DNA from: Mantamonas sphyraenae STR306 | Taxonomy: Eukaryota; Protista; CRuMs | Assembly (NCBI GenBank): GCA_026936335.1 | Contig: JAPMXV010000004.1 | Coordinates: forward strand, 338,515-402,514 | Length of the DNA: 64,000 nucleotides | Direction: 5' to 3' | Shown: piece by piece, positions 1-12,500 of the stretch | Numbering within the stretch: position 1 is the stretch's first letter | Layout of the letters: every line of letters begins with the position of its first letter | Program-made: the position numbers and the translations under genes | Notes under the pieces: model-generated | What the model saw: the letters and a program-made list of their open reading frames with translations, nothing else | Told to the model about the DNA's origin: nothing | Database searches by the model: none

Positions 1-138
1 TGTGCCCTCATTCTTTGTCTTGAAGTGCTGGACAGCATCGTTGTTGCATAGAATGTGGCCACAGGAGGTGACAAAGAGGATGCTGTCCATGGGTTCCCAG
101 CAGAGATTGCAGACGAAAGACGATTCATTTTGCGTCAT
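1..138 (-). CDS. HEI10: HEI10/CCNB1IP1-like meiotic RING E3 ligase, 5' end only (runs off the window)
   Basis: Not in the ORF track. Manual translation from ATG 138 gives MTQNESSFVCNLCWEPMDSILFVTSCGHILCNNDAVQHF, matching the HEI10 RING pattern CNxCW...T[ST]CGH[IL]LCxxDA. Confidence 0.75.
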   Translation of the reverse strand, partial: MTQNESSFVCNLCWEPMDSILFVTSCGHILCNNDAVQHFKTKNEGT

Positions 139-178
139 TGGAAAGGTTGGTGGAGGGCGAGGCGCACGTGGGTGGTTG

Positions 179-1551
179 CTATAGTAGGACGAGGGCACAA
201 GCGACAGCACAAGCTTGAGCGGATCCGATGCAGACTCGCGCGTGGCGATTGCTTCGGAGAGCTCCTCCTGAGAGAGCACGAGGCACTCATCTCCGTCTTC
301 GTCAACATAGGTGATTTTGAAGAAGCCCTCACCGTGATTGCGGTAAAGGCGCTGGATTGTGGCGACGAGCGAAGCAAAGGTTGTGGTGGTGCTGATCTTG
401 ACGCGGCGCACGTCGCCTTGCAGACGCAGCTTGAGCGGCACAATCGTGCCCGAAGAGGACGTGGTGGTGGTGGTGGTGGTGGTTGAAGAGGTCTGTTGGG
501 GCTGGGTTGGGCTGGCTTCCGGCTGTGAGGGCCCGGATTGGGAAGGGTCGGACTGGCTGGATTCTGGCTCTGCGGTTTCTTGAGTGTCCTGATGCTCGTT
601 GGCAGCAGCCTGAGGACTCTTTCAAGACCCATTCGGGCACTTCCTCCCATGCATAGTAGGTCTGTGATTCGCTTTCGCCAGAAAACGGGGAGAAGGAAGA
701 GTCGACAAACGCGGCCTGGGTGAAGGGGTCAAGGGTGAGCTCTTCCCACACGACACTGGGCTCTGCGGCGTAGCCCAAGTCGCTGACGAGTGTGTAGAGC
801 TTCCCGTCGTGTTTGGTGAGGGTGGAAAAGTGGTTTGTTGCGGAAGAGGACGGCGAGCTGATCCTCGTCGAGCTGCTTGAGCAGCTGGTCGACGCCAGCC
901 TGGGTGAGCTGCTGAGCAGTCTCGTGCAGAAACTGGTCGGCCACGTTTTGCGTCGCTGATGATCTGGCGCAGCTCGTCAGCAGACTTTCCGGCAAGAGCG
1001 GCGTCGGAAACGCCGGTGTCGTCGCGTTTGTGTTGTTCGGCCTTTGCAGCACCGGTTTCTGTGTGCTGGGACACGTCGTCCATGGAAAGAAGCTCTGCAG
1101 CCTCCATCTTTTGAAGGAGCAAGTCGCCCAGCTGGTCGTACGTGTGGTCAGCCACCACGCGAATCTGCTCGTCGTCTTCGGGCACCCAGGCGTGCACCAG
1201 GAGAACGTCAAAGATGCTGAAGAAGTCCTTGCCACGGTCGTCTGCAAAGCTGTAGCAGGCGTTGAAGATGGGGTTGATGTCCAGGCCAAAGTGGAGGTTT
1301 GGGGCGAGTTCCAGCAGCTCCTCCAGCGCCCCTTCGGCGAGCTTGTGTTGGTTTTCAAACAGGGCGTTGACCACCTGTTCCAGCAGCTGTTCAAGGGTCA
1401 CCACGCCTTGCTGCTGCAGAAACAGCTTTTGCTCGAGCAGGAGCACGTTGCAAAGGGCAATCAGTGGGCAGGGCCCGTTTTCGTTTTGCAGCACAATCTC
1501 GCATTGACGCCCCTTGTGCACAATCGGTTTCAAGGTGAAGAAGTCGCTCAT
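179..1551 (-). CDS. MINDY-1/2 (FAM63) family deubiquitinase with C-terminal PB1 domain; broken by single-base insertions near 947, 835, 620 and probably 244
   Basis: Catalytic QNENGPCPLIALCNVLLL. Removing one A at each A-run restores TAQQLT and FRNNHFSTL. The downstream frame reads LKLRLQGDVRRVKI...ITYVDEDGDECLVLSQEELSEAI (PB1 with acidic OPCA motif). The 3' end is uncertain. Confidence 0.85.
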
Positions 1552-1646
1552 GGGTTACTTTGTGGCAGTGGAGGGGTGAGCTGGTTTTGGATTTGTGAGG
1601 CAGTCTGTTCTCAGGGCCTTCCAAGGGTCGGGCAGCCATGACCGGG

Positions 1647-2134
1647 TCATCGAGCGTGAGGAGACGCTTTTCGGACTGGACAGACAGAGATGGCGGCAAC
1701 AGAATTGAATGGGAAGAACGTCCTTTTTGACTCCATTCTTGGGTGCGGTTTGTTCAGTCTGTTCTCCAGAATCGGCTCCTTCCAAAGGCGCTTCTCGGGA
1801 TGCAGCCATGACCGCATCGTCATCGTCGCCTCGAAGTTGTCCAAACCAACCACATCGAGGCTTCCGAGGTCCTCCAGCTCTTGAACCGCTGCTTCATGGT
1901 CTTCTTTGCTGCAGATGTAGCGCCAGAGTTGCTCTTCGTTCTTCTCAGTCGATTTTGGATCTCGAATAGACATGATGCTCTTGACTTGGTCCATGTGGTG
2001 CACAGGGAGCCGTTCATTTTGAGCCCACGATGCCGATGCAGTCGGATGCAGTCACCGATGCAGTCAGATGCAGTCACCTCACCAAGCACAAGCAACTGCT
2101 TTGCAACCCATTCAATTGCATTCGCATCCTTCAT
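1647..2134 (-). CDS. Hypothetical protein, probably frameshifted (ORFs 1820-2134 and 1647-2003)
   Basis: Fills the gap between FabH and MINDY on the same strand, with protein-like composition in both pieces. No recognisable motif. Confidence 0.35.
2035..2078. repeat. Short tandem repeat, 4 x GATGCAGTC core
   Basis: gatgcagtcg gatgcagtcacc gatgcagtca gatgcagtcacc, read directly from the sequence. Confidence 0.8.
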
Positions 2135-2160
2135 TGCTTCGGCAAGTCACCCTGTCCCGT

Positions 2161-2845
2161 TCAATACGTGAGAACAATTGCGCCAAAGCTCAACCCGGCT
2201 CCGGTGCCAAAAAGCAACACGCGGTTGCCCCGTTGGATTTTCCCGCTGTGAATGCCTTCGTAGAGCGCATTCGGGATGGTTGACGCAATGGTGTTGCCGT
2301 ATTTGCCGAGCACCCAGACCAGTTTGTCGATGTCCCACCCCAGACTCTGCAGCGTCTTGAACCCCTTTCGCGACGTTTGGTGAGGACACACGACATCAAA
2401 CGCATCCAAGGATGACGACAAGCCCTCCTCCACCTCTTCAAAAAAGTCAAACCCGTACTCCAGGGCCAGATCCACAACCTTGCGCCCCTGCATGCTAAAC
2501 AGGAGGTCTTCCTTCCTCGTTCGTGGGTTTGTGGTCGGATGCAGAGTCGAGCCACCACCTCGGATGGTGGTCAGCTCGGCCCCGACTCCGTATGTGCGAA
2601 AGAGGAACCTCGACAATTTGCTCTGCTCCCCCTCGGGCGTCCGTCCCACCACCATCGCTGTGCCCATGTCTCCAAACAGCCCAGCTGTGTGTGGATCCTT
2701 CATATTCAGTGCACACGACGACACCTCGCCGCCCGTGATCAGCACGTACTTCACTGAGCCCTGCTGCAAGAACATGCTCGCCACTTTTAGCGCCGTCAAC
2801 GCGCTCAAGCAAGTCGCGTGCACGCTGAACGACGGGATACCTGCT

Positions 2846-2901
<56 letters not shown>

Positions 2902-3444
2902 CACATCCATGCACCCAACCACACAGCCCCGGCAGTGTTTCATGCGTGTCAGTAGCGGCGCGAGAGAAAATTTGGCAGGAGCCCGCAAACGCACACGCGC
3001 TGCTTCCTACATCCCACACCTTCCCCACACCACCATTCATCACTCACCCGACTCGCCCAGGCCGAGTTCCCGTTGCACAAACGGAGCACTGTCCGGAATT
3101 GGCTGTGCTGGGCTTCCACTCGCCGAAATAATCAAGTCCACGTCGCTGGCCTTCAACCCTGCACTTTCCAACGCCTCCCGTGCCGCCTCTGCAGCCATTG
3201 TATGTGCATTTTCGCCCTCGGCGCACCAGTACCGTGTTTGCACACCCATTTTCCGCTCCACCGTTCCTTCTGCTACCCCACACATACGGTCAACCTCGCT
3301 TGAAAGAACAAGCCGCGAGGGCACACTTCGACCCACGCCCAAAATCTTCACGGGCACCTCGTCTGCATCGCCAGCCATGCGCCCGCTTACTGGCTCAACA
3401 CTTCCTGGCGCCACGTGGCCCAAGATGGCGTTTACCCTGTGCAT
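2161..3444 (-). CDS. fabH: 3-oxoacyl-ACP synthase III (FabH/OleA-like thiolase fold), bacterial type, with PTS2-like N-terminus; exons 3444-3048 and 2840-2161
   Basis: VKILGVGRSVP start of the fold and Cys-His-Asn triad motifs SVHATCLS, VCPHQTS, YGNTIAST; also LFGDMG and GTGAGLSFG. GT-AG intron 3047-2841 joins in phase. N-terminus MHRVNAILGHV. Confidence 0.9.
2850..2899. repeat. (CA)25 microsatellite at the 3' end of the FabH intron
   Basis: Perfect CA run read directly. Confidence 0.95.
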
Positions 3445-3501
3445 CTTTGCGGAAGACTGGTTTTGTTTTTCTTCTGCGTTGACCCACGCCACTAATGCTC
3501 A

Positions 3502-6500
3502 TCATCCAAACCAATCCAACGCATTCTCCATCATCTTGTCGTCCACGTCGTCGGCATCCACTTCGTCGTCTGCAAACTCGTCCTCAAAGCCAAACGCGTT
3601 GTTGTCGTTCGCAAACGCCCCCATCGCTGCCACATCCATTGCATTGCTCAGCACAGGGATTGCCAACGAATCCACAATGCTGGCGCGTGCTTCCTCTGCA
3701 GCCTGAGCCCGCTTGCGAGCCACCTTTTGCGGACTGGCCACCGTGCCTCCTGCACGTCCCTGCCTGCGTCCTGCTCGCCCACCGGTCTCCGCGTCCTCCT
3801 CTGCCTTCGCCTTGGCCGGTGGCATGTCCACCAGCGACGACATGCTTCGCAATTCCTTCTTCAGCGATGCGTACTGTGATTCTTCCTCGTCCTCCGCCCG
3901 GTTGGCGTGTCCGCCGCCGATTCGTGACAGAGCGTCGCCCATCTCCGACACCTCTTCGTCCACGTGCACCTCTGTGCCACGGTCCTCCGGTGCAGGCACA
4001 AAGCTGATCTCCTCTTCCATGGCACCGTCTCCGCCAACACGCATGCCAAGGTCTCCTGCCTCTAGATCCCTGTCGTCGTCCGTTTCACTCGTGCGCCACG
4101 TGCCCTTGATCCTCTCCTTGCGTTCGCTCTCGGGATCCATTGCGCTTGCCCGTGACAGCCGTGCAAGGATGCCCAGAGCTGCCGCCTTGTTCCCGCTGAG
4201 CTCCGCCTTCTTTCCTCCACTCTCTGAGCTCCCTGGCTTTGCCAGTGGCCTCAGAGGCGGCAGCGCCACGCGCGATGGTGGCTCGCTCTCGCTTCCACTT
4301 CCTGCTTGCTGCTCCTCCTCTGTGTCCGAATCCATGCGCATTCGCATCGTCGGGATGGGTTCCAGACGCAGTGGCGATGACGTTTTGCGTCCAGCTGTGC
4401 CCACTCCGTCGTTCTCCTCGTCGTCTGTGCCTGTCAAACGCCACGCCTGCATCGGGTCCCGCTTCGGAGTCGCCTTGGTCGTGCCTGCGCCAGACGCACT
4501 CAATGCGCCCATGGCCGCTACCATGCGACCCCCGCTTCATCATCTTGCGCTTCACGATGCTGCGCAGGCGCAGGTTGCGCTTCGTTTCCTCCTGCTCACG
4601 CATCTTTGCCTTGAACGACTCGATGTCCTGCCGGATGCGGTACAGCTTCAGGAACAGACGCACCGTGCCAGTCATCATCACCAGCACATACGACACGACC
4701 AACAGCAGCTGCACAGCAATCCCTCCTAGCGCAGCTTCTTCCCGGATCGGCGACCCAGGCATCATTGCAAGCAGGAGACCCAGAATGATGGCTCGCACAA
4801 CCGCACTCACAAGCTCCAGCCCAAACAGAGTGCGCTCCTTCTGCGGACGGAACCATCCGATGGCAACCAATTCGATCACAGTCATCACCAACAGCACAAT
4901 TGTCTGTGCAACGGGCATCGACGCCATGAACGCAACCGTCACCGCCGTCACAAGTTTGCGCACAAACACAAGCACAACAAACCAGATGCGCTCGTCACGC
5001 AGACCTGTCAGGAAGGGCCCAAACAGTTTGATCTGGTGCACAGACGCACGCGGAGCAATGTAGAACACATACGCGGCTGCCAGCACAGGCATACCAATCA
5101 CAAATGCAACAGCCCACAGAACTGCGACGCCATACACCGTGCCATCCACCCAGCTGCTTGAATCTCCCGGTCCCAATGTCAAGTGGTACAACGCCATTGT
5201 CGTCAGCGCCAGGTAGAACACCATGCTGGCTCGGATCACAAACTTGCCAAACGTAAACGGCGTCTCCGCAGCCTTCTCCTGGAACAGCGCCTGTGCACGC
5301 TTGGCTCCCTTTGGTGTGCGCTTCGCCCGCTTTGTGTTGTGCACCAGGTAGTACTTGATGCCCAGCAGCAGCAACACAAGCCCGAGCAGAAGCGACACCA
5401 GAATCATAAAGTACGCCAGCGCGCTCGGGAACAGGTCCCTGTCCGACGCCCCAATCGTCTCGCCGTAGGTTTCCAACGACAGCAGGCGACGGCCCGTTCC
5501 TCCAGTACCGTCGGCCAAGGCCACAGCGCTGCTGTTTTTGCCTCCACTTGCAGTGCCGTTCGCGGCTCCACCCTCGCCTGCCCAAAGGCGGCGCCAGACC
5601 CAGCATCACGATGCCAAATCCACCCGTGAACCCTGTGTACGACGCAGGCAGGTCGCCACCCGTCTGTCCCGTCGCTACGAAAAACTGCACGTTGTCCACC
5701 AGCGAGAACACGTCTCCACCTTGCTGCGCCTGAGCCTGAGCTTGAGCGTGTGCAGCGGACCCGCCTCCTCCTCCTCCACCACCACCGCCGCCACCACCGC
5801 CACCACCGCCGCCACCACCACCACCGCCACCAGCACCTCCACCAGCTCCTCCACCAGCTCCACCAGCTCCAGCTCCACCAGCACCACCAGCTCCACCTGC
5901 TCCTGCTCCTGCGCCCGCACCTGCGCCCGCACCCGCACCCGCACCCGCACCCGCTGCAGCTCCACCTGCTGCCGCTCCGGATGAGGCTGCTGCTGCTGCT
6001 GCTGCAGGGGCGGCTGCACTCACCGCTGCACTCGCGGCCACATTCGCCACAACCACAGTCACCACCGCCACGGTGGCACTCGTGGCGGCTTCGCCACTGT
6101 CCACCACGCTGCAGTCGGTGCCCGAGTACGTCAACTGACACTGGCACGTGTTGTCAATCAAACACGTGCCGTGGCCGCTGCATGCATTGGGGCAATTGAA
6201 GCATGTCGTCCCGTTGCCGCCACAAACGCCACAGCGATCATAGACTTTGCCCGAGAACGCCACGCCGTCACAGCCCGCACAGGCGTTGTTGCCATCGCAC
6301 ACACCGCAGTCATCGTACGCGATGCCCGAGTTTGGCACACCGTCGCAACCCAGGCACGTGGAATTGTTTCCGTCGCACACTCCACACGCATCGTACACAG
6401 TGCCCGAGTACGGCAGACCGTCGCAGCCTGCACACGTCGCGTTTGTACCATTGCACACTCCGCATGCGTCAAACACAAGCCCCGTGTACGGTGACTTGTT

Positions 6501-9500
6501 TCCTGCCGAATCCAAGCGGCACAGCTCAGGGCCCGTGGGCACCAACTGTGCGCTGAATGACGTCAAGTGAGTGCACTGGCACGTTGTGTATCCTGGTTGC
6601 GACGCCACGCGCTTGCAGCCTTTTGTACTCCACACACGCTCCGCCGTGTCAAAGTACCGGCATTCCGTACGCTCGTACGCCGTCGCGTCACGTCCAGCCC
6701 ACGGCAAATGGAACTCAAACGGTTCACTCAGATCCCTCACGGAGATGGCTGTGTTGTTCAGATGGTACAGCGACAGCGACACCACAGGCGACGAAAGCGC
6801 CTGCGTGTCGTTCACAGCCACCACCTCGTGCGGGTCAAAGTCGAGCCGCATCAGACGTCTGTGAACGCACTCGTTTGCACGCACCCCAAGGGACGCGCCA
6901 AGCACACGCGGCACGTTGACACGCGCCCCATTCAGCTGCAGCTCCGTGGCGTTCAGTAGGGTGGACCCAAACACATTGTGCGCCTGCGCGTACACAAGTG
7001 TACTCGGCACCGTCAATTCCTGCTCGCCGCAGGCTCGATCGCGCATGTGGTGCTGGATTGTGCGCTCCACCAGCTCCAATGCCTCGCGTTGGAATGCGCT
7101 CTTGGCCTTGTTTGCCCGCCCGACGCTCACATCCTCGATTGTGCGACCGCGTCGCAGCACGACCGCGCTCATGGCTTCCATGGCACTGCGCATCGTCTGC
7201 TCCGTGATGCTTACGCTGCTGTTGATTGCTTTGTCCACCATTTTGCGCACGTACTCTGCGCCAATGTCCACCGACGCGGTCGGGCACCTCCTCGTGTCGA
7301 AGAAGCGCAATGTGCAGCAGCTGCATCTGCTGTTCCACGTGCTCCTTGTTAAGTCCAACTCGCCCTGGTTCTTGGTTCACAATGGTCTTGACCAGCTCGT
7401 CGCGGATCGCCTGTCGCGGAGCCAGCTGTGTGGCATTCTCCACCGGCCGCCTGTTCAAATCGTCTGCAATCACGTACAGCAGATCATTCACGCGGTCTCC
7501 GTCTGATGTTTTAACTGCACCCGACAGTTGCACACCCACCATCTCCTCCAACACAAACTGCTCGTACGTCTGGAATGCCGATGTTGAAGGCGACGGCACC
7601 ACGCGCACCGTGCGCTCTACACGCACCATTGCGCCGCGATTGTCACGCACATAAACTGCCAGAGTCACCGTGTAATTGGACGTGGCGTTTCCCTGGGGCA
7701 CACAACGTCAATGCTGCTGCGCTGCGAGTTGAGCACGAGCGGCACTTCGCTTGCAGACCCGCCTGCCGAAACCGCCGTGGAGGCTTCGAACGAGGTGCCA
7801 CTCTTGTAGAACACCGAAAAGGTGATGGGCAGATCCAACGGTTCGTCATCCCACTCCAGGGCAGACACGCGGAACGTTGTGTTCAGCGCCACACCTGCGT
7901 GTGGTGTCACCGTCACACTACCCCCGCGCGGTGCCGCGTTGACCACGACGCGCGCGTCTGCATACGCTGCTCCGTTCACGTCGCTCGCCTGTACTCTGAA
8001 CACATAAATGCCACCGGGCAGGAGCACGCCAGGATTGATGACCAGGTGCGCGTTGCGCCTGTTGCTTCGCACCGTGGCCACCTCGTCCGTCAGATCCAGT
8101 TGGCCCTGCTCCAGTGTCCACAGGTACGTCAAGGGGTCGTTCGTGCGTGAAGAGGCGATGCTCGTCAGCACCAAGCGCTGGTTGGCGTTCACGCGGCCCA
8201 CCGCACTCACGCGCACGCTCGGCACCTGGCCAGCAACCATGCGTACGTCAGTGGTACCTTTGGCCACGCGTCCATCGCTCAAGCGCTTGATTTCCACCTG
8301 TACTTCGTAGTCTCCTACACTCAGCTGCAGTCCAGCCACCGAAAACGTGCCGGTCGGCTCCACCACGCTTCCGTTCAAGGCCACCGCGCGCGTCAACGCT
8401 ACCCGGTCCACACGCCACACGGTCCAATTGAAGGAAAAGTCCGACACGGGTGTGTCAACGAGGTCCAACCCCTCAAGCGCAGACAGCGACAGAACCTGGT
8501 CGCGTGCCACACTGCGGTTGGCCCCGGCAATGATGGCCTCAAATGAAGCTGCGATTCCTGTCACTTGCACCTCTACGAACGACGTCAGGGTTCCCTCTTG
8601 CACAACGGTCGCACGAAGCGTGTGCTGCTGGCCGTGGGCCAATGAGTACGCCGGCAGGATCAGACGCCTTCGTGTGCGGCTCGTCGGATCCAGGCTCAGG
8701 CCGCTTGCCGACTGCAGAGTCCATGTCACTGCCAACGAGGGTGCATTGGACGTGCACGAGCTGGCCTGTAGCACGACCTCGAGCACATGGTCTCTGTTGG
8801 CTTCCAGTTGTCGGGTGGCGTCTCCCAACAGTGTGATCGTAGGCACGGCCTGGGCGGATTTGCTCACACGCTCACACTTGACGCTGCTGTTGTACCCCAG
8901 AAAGTTGGTCACCTTTAGACAGATGTCTGCCACTGTTCCGGCCAACACAGCACTCGCCGGCACCTCCACCGTGCTCGCTGAGCTTGCAACTCCACCCAAC
9001 AAGGAGACAAGTTGGACGGGCGAAGGTCCAGACACGGGCACCACAGACCACGAGTACACCAATGGGTGTGTGCCTGCGCCCGTCGACGTGCTTCCGTCCA
9101 CTTCCAAGCCGTCGCATGCGCCAATTTGGTGCGGTACGTTGACCATGGCCACCGGCGGTTTCACCTCTGCTGGTGCGCTCACGCTCACAGTTTGGCCTCC
9201 AAGCGCCTGATACAGGTTGTCAACCGCCGTGCTGTTGTCCTTGCCCAGAATGACACCCCCTTTGAGGGCGATCACAGAGCCGATCACAGCGGTGTTTCCC
9301 TCCGCGAGCGACACTCGCATCGTTCGCGGGTCCACCCACTGGCAGACAGCCGCGGGGCCCACCACGCTCATCGATGCTGCAGAGAGGTACTTGGTGCACG
9401 CGTGTTGCCCCTGTTGGTTCGTGCTGCGGTCAAACACGAGCTCCAGCGCAGACAACAGCTGGTCGAACTGCGTGCTCGCCACACGAGGCGGAGGGTAGAA

Positions 9501-12500
9501 CATCAACAACGGGGCGCCGACGTCGGAGAACAGCTGGCCGCCGTTCACAGAAACGCGCAACTCCACACGACGAGGCGACGGCACAGGACGCACACGGCAC
9601 ACAAGCGCCGTGGCATTCAACCACGTGCCACCAACCACGTACTCGCGGTCAATCTGACAGCGCACGTGTGCAAGCGTACCGTTGCTTCCAAAGTTGCTTC
9701 CGTGCACCACCACGTCCGTGTACTCGTCAAACGCCACTGCCACCGGAACCGCCCTCTCGGCACGAACGCACGTCGAGTTGTCACCACCGCACACGCCGCA
9801 GTAATCATTCACAACACCGCTGTTGGGGAAGCCGTCGCACCCAGCACACACAGTGTGGTCGCCGCCGCACACGCCACACGAGTCGACAAGTTTGCCCGAA
9901 AAGGGAACACCGTCGCATCCCAGGCAAGTCGTGTTGTCGCCCTTGCACACACCACATGCGTCGTACGTTGCACCGCTGTTTGGCAGACCATCACATCCTG
10001 CACAAGCGCCCCCGCTACCTCCACACACTCCACACGCATCGAAAGACAGGCCCGAGTTTGGCACGCCGTCGCATCCGACACATGTGGTGTTTGTACCGTT
10101 GCACACCAGACACTCGTCGCGCACGAGGCCCGAGTTCGGCACGCCGTCGCACCCTTTGCAAGTTGCGTTGTTTCCTCCGCATACCAAACACTCGTCGTAC
10201 ACAAGTCCCGACGTCTGCGTGCCGTCACACCACAGCACAAACAAATCGATCGTCGTGCTCGCCAAAGGCATGCCTTGCCACACGTATGAGAGGGTCACGT
10301 TCTCGACCCCGTGGTAACTCAAATCCGGTCGGATGGTGACAAGCTTCACCAGCTGCGCCAGTTGCGCGACCGTACCGTTCAACACGGCCACGCGCCCGAG
10401 CGACTGTGTGTTGTTCAGGCGCACGTTGCTGTGCAACGCAGATACCGTCAGTTGCACAACATCCGTGGCCGAAAGGTCCACGTCGCTGAACTGCACACCT
10501 GCACTGGCCAGCGCATACACGGTGCGATCCACAACCCCGATAGGCTGCGTCTGCGGTTGGGTGATATTCTGCAACGTCAACTGCGCCACATCGTCCACGC
10601 TCTGTACCAACAGCACCGCGCGGCGCTCACTGGCCCCAGCGCCATCGTGGACCCACAGGGATACGTTCACGCTTCCGTGGAAGTTGGTCTCCGGGAAGAG
10701 AACCACACGGCCCCATGCCAGCGCATCGTTGCACGTGCTCACGTTACATACGAACTGCCACGTCTGTGGACCTCCTGGCGAAAGCAGACGGACGCCTGAA
10801 CCTTGAAGGGTGACGTTCACCAGCAGCGGTGCCGATGCGCCCAAGTCCACGTCCTCGATGCGGATCGCCGGGAGGGTATATGCCGTGTCTTCTGGGGTTG
10901 ACACAACACTCGGAAGGCTTGTGTTGATGAGGGGCAGGTCGTTCACACTGTGCACCACCACAGCAATGCTTGCACTTGCGTTCAGTGCTCCGTTGATGTC
11001 CCCCACGTTGCGGTCGCTAACGCGCACCTCCAGTTGGGTAACACCGAAAAAGTGGGGCTGCGATACAAGCTGCAGTTGTCCAAGCAGCTCATTGCACAAA
11101 TCCACGGCGCACACGACGTGGACACCTTGGACGGGCCCGGCGCCGACGTCGACCTGCCCATGCGCCAGCCATACATCCAACTGCATTGGGGCGCGCTCGC
11201 CGTCTGCATCCACGATGCGCATGGATGATGCATTCACGGGTGCAAAGTCTTCCGTCAAATTGAACACACTTGGCACGCCTACGAGCTGCGGCGCCGTGTT
11301 GACGGCGTCCACCTGCACGGTCAAGGTCAGGTTGACGGTGCCTCCGTGCTCGTCGGTCACAGACACGGTTACGTGTACAGTGCCAAAGAAATGCTCCACC
11401 GGTACAAAATGCAATCCGTGCAAAGTACTGTTCGCATTTGCCAGGCTAACATTGGCACTCGTCGTGTTACCAGCAAGGAGGACGGCACCAGACGATGCTT
11501 CGACTTGCACTGCAAGTGTGCTAGAGTCTACGTCATCCACACTGACGCCTGTCAACGCGACAGGCACCGACTCTCGCGTATTGAACACAAGTTGCACGGC
11601 GGTCAGGAAAGGCACGTCGTTCACAGAGAGCACTTGGATGCTCACGTTGCGTGCGCTCGTCGCCAGCCCGTCTGCAAGCACAAGCTCAAGCGTGTCTGCT
11701 CCAAAGTAGTTTGCGTCCGGTACGTACCACAGGCTCTTCACCGTTTCGTTCACCTGTCCAAGTACTCCTTGCACCACCACTTCCCGTGTCCCTTGTCCAT
11801 ATGTACCGTTCGTCACCCGTCCATGGCCTGCCCGCACAACCAGCGTCGCAGGGTGTTCCGCCGTCGCGTCAACATCTCGCAGAGACACAACCTCGCCAAG
11901 TGCAAAGCCCACGTCCTCGTTGCACACAGCCACACTCTGCGCCACAACAATCTCCAGTGCATCGTCCACCGAGCTCACGTTCACACTCGTGTTCACTGCA
12001 AACGCCACAGCTCCACGATCCTTGAACGTCCATGCAATCACGTCCGCCCCGTGGTAGTGTGCGTCAGGCACGTAGTACAGCAGTCCTGCATCCAACTGCA
12101 CCTGCAGCGTCGAGATCATTCCCTCCAAGCCTATCGTTCGCCCTGTCATCGTGACGTTCACCCCGCCCACGTGGCTCCCATTCGCCATCACCCGCCCATG
12201 CATCGTCGTTGCTTCGATGCGGATCGCAGGCTCTGCCGTGTCCACATCCTGCAGAACGACTCCCACAATCCTTTTCGCAGTGTCTTCCACAACGTCCACC
12301 GTTACAGGTACCGTTGCAGTCAGCGCATCGTTCACCTCGCTCACAACCACAGTCACACGTGCCCACGTCCACAGTCCAAGCTCGTCCGTCACGTTCACCT
12401 GTACGCTCGCGTTGCCGTAAAAGTTGGCATCCGGGATCATCACCACTGACCTCACTGCGGCCTCCACCACCTGCACGCTGCCCACAACGCTCACATTCCT

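Noticed and set aside
2945-3045. C/D snoRNA in the FabH intron (GTGATGA ... CTGA on the minus strand)
   Set aside because: The C-like box overlaps the splice donor, the CTGA is the likely CTGAC branch point, and there is no convincing terminal stem.
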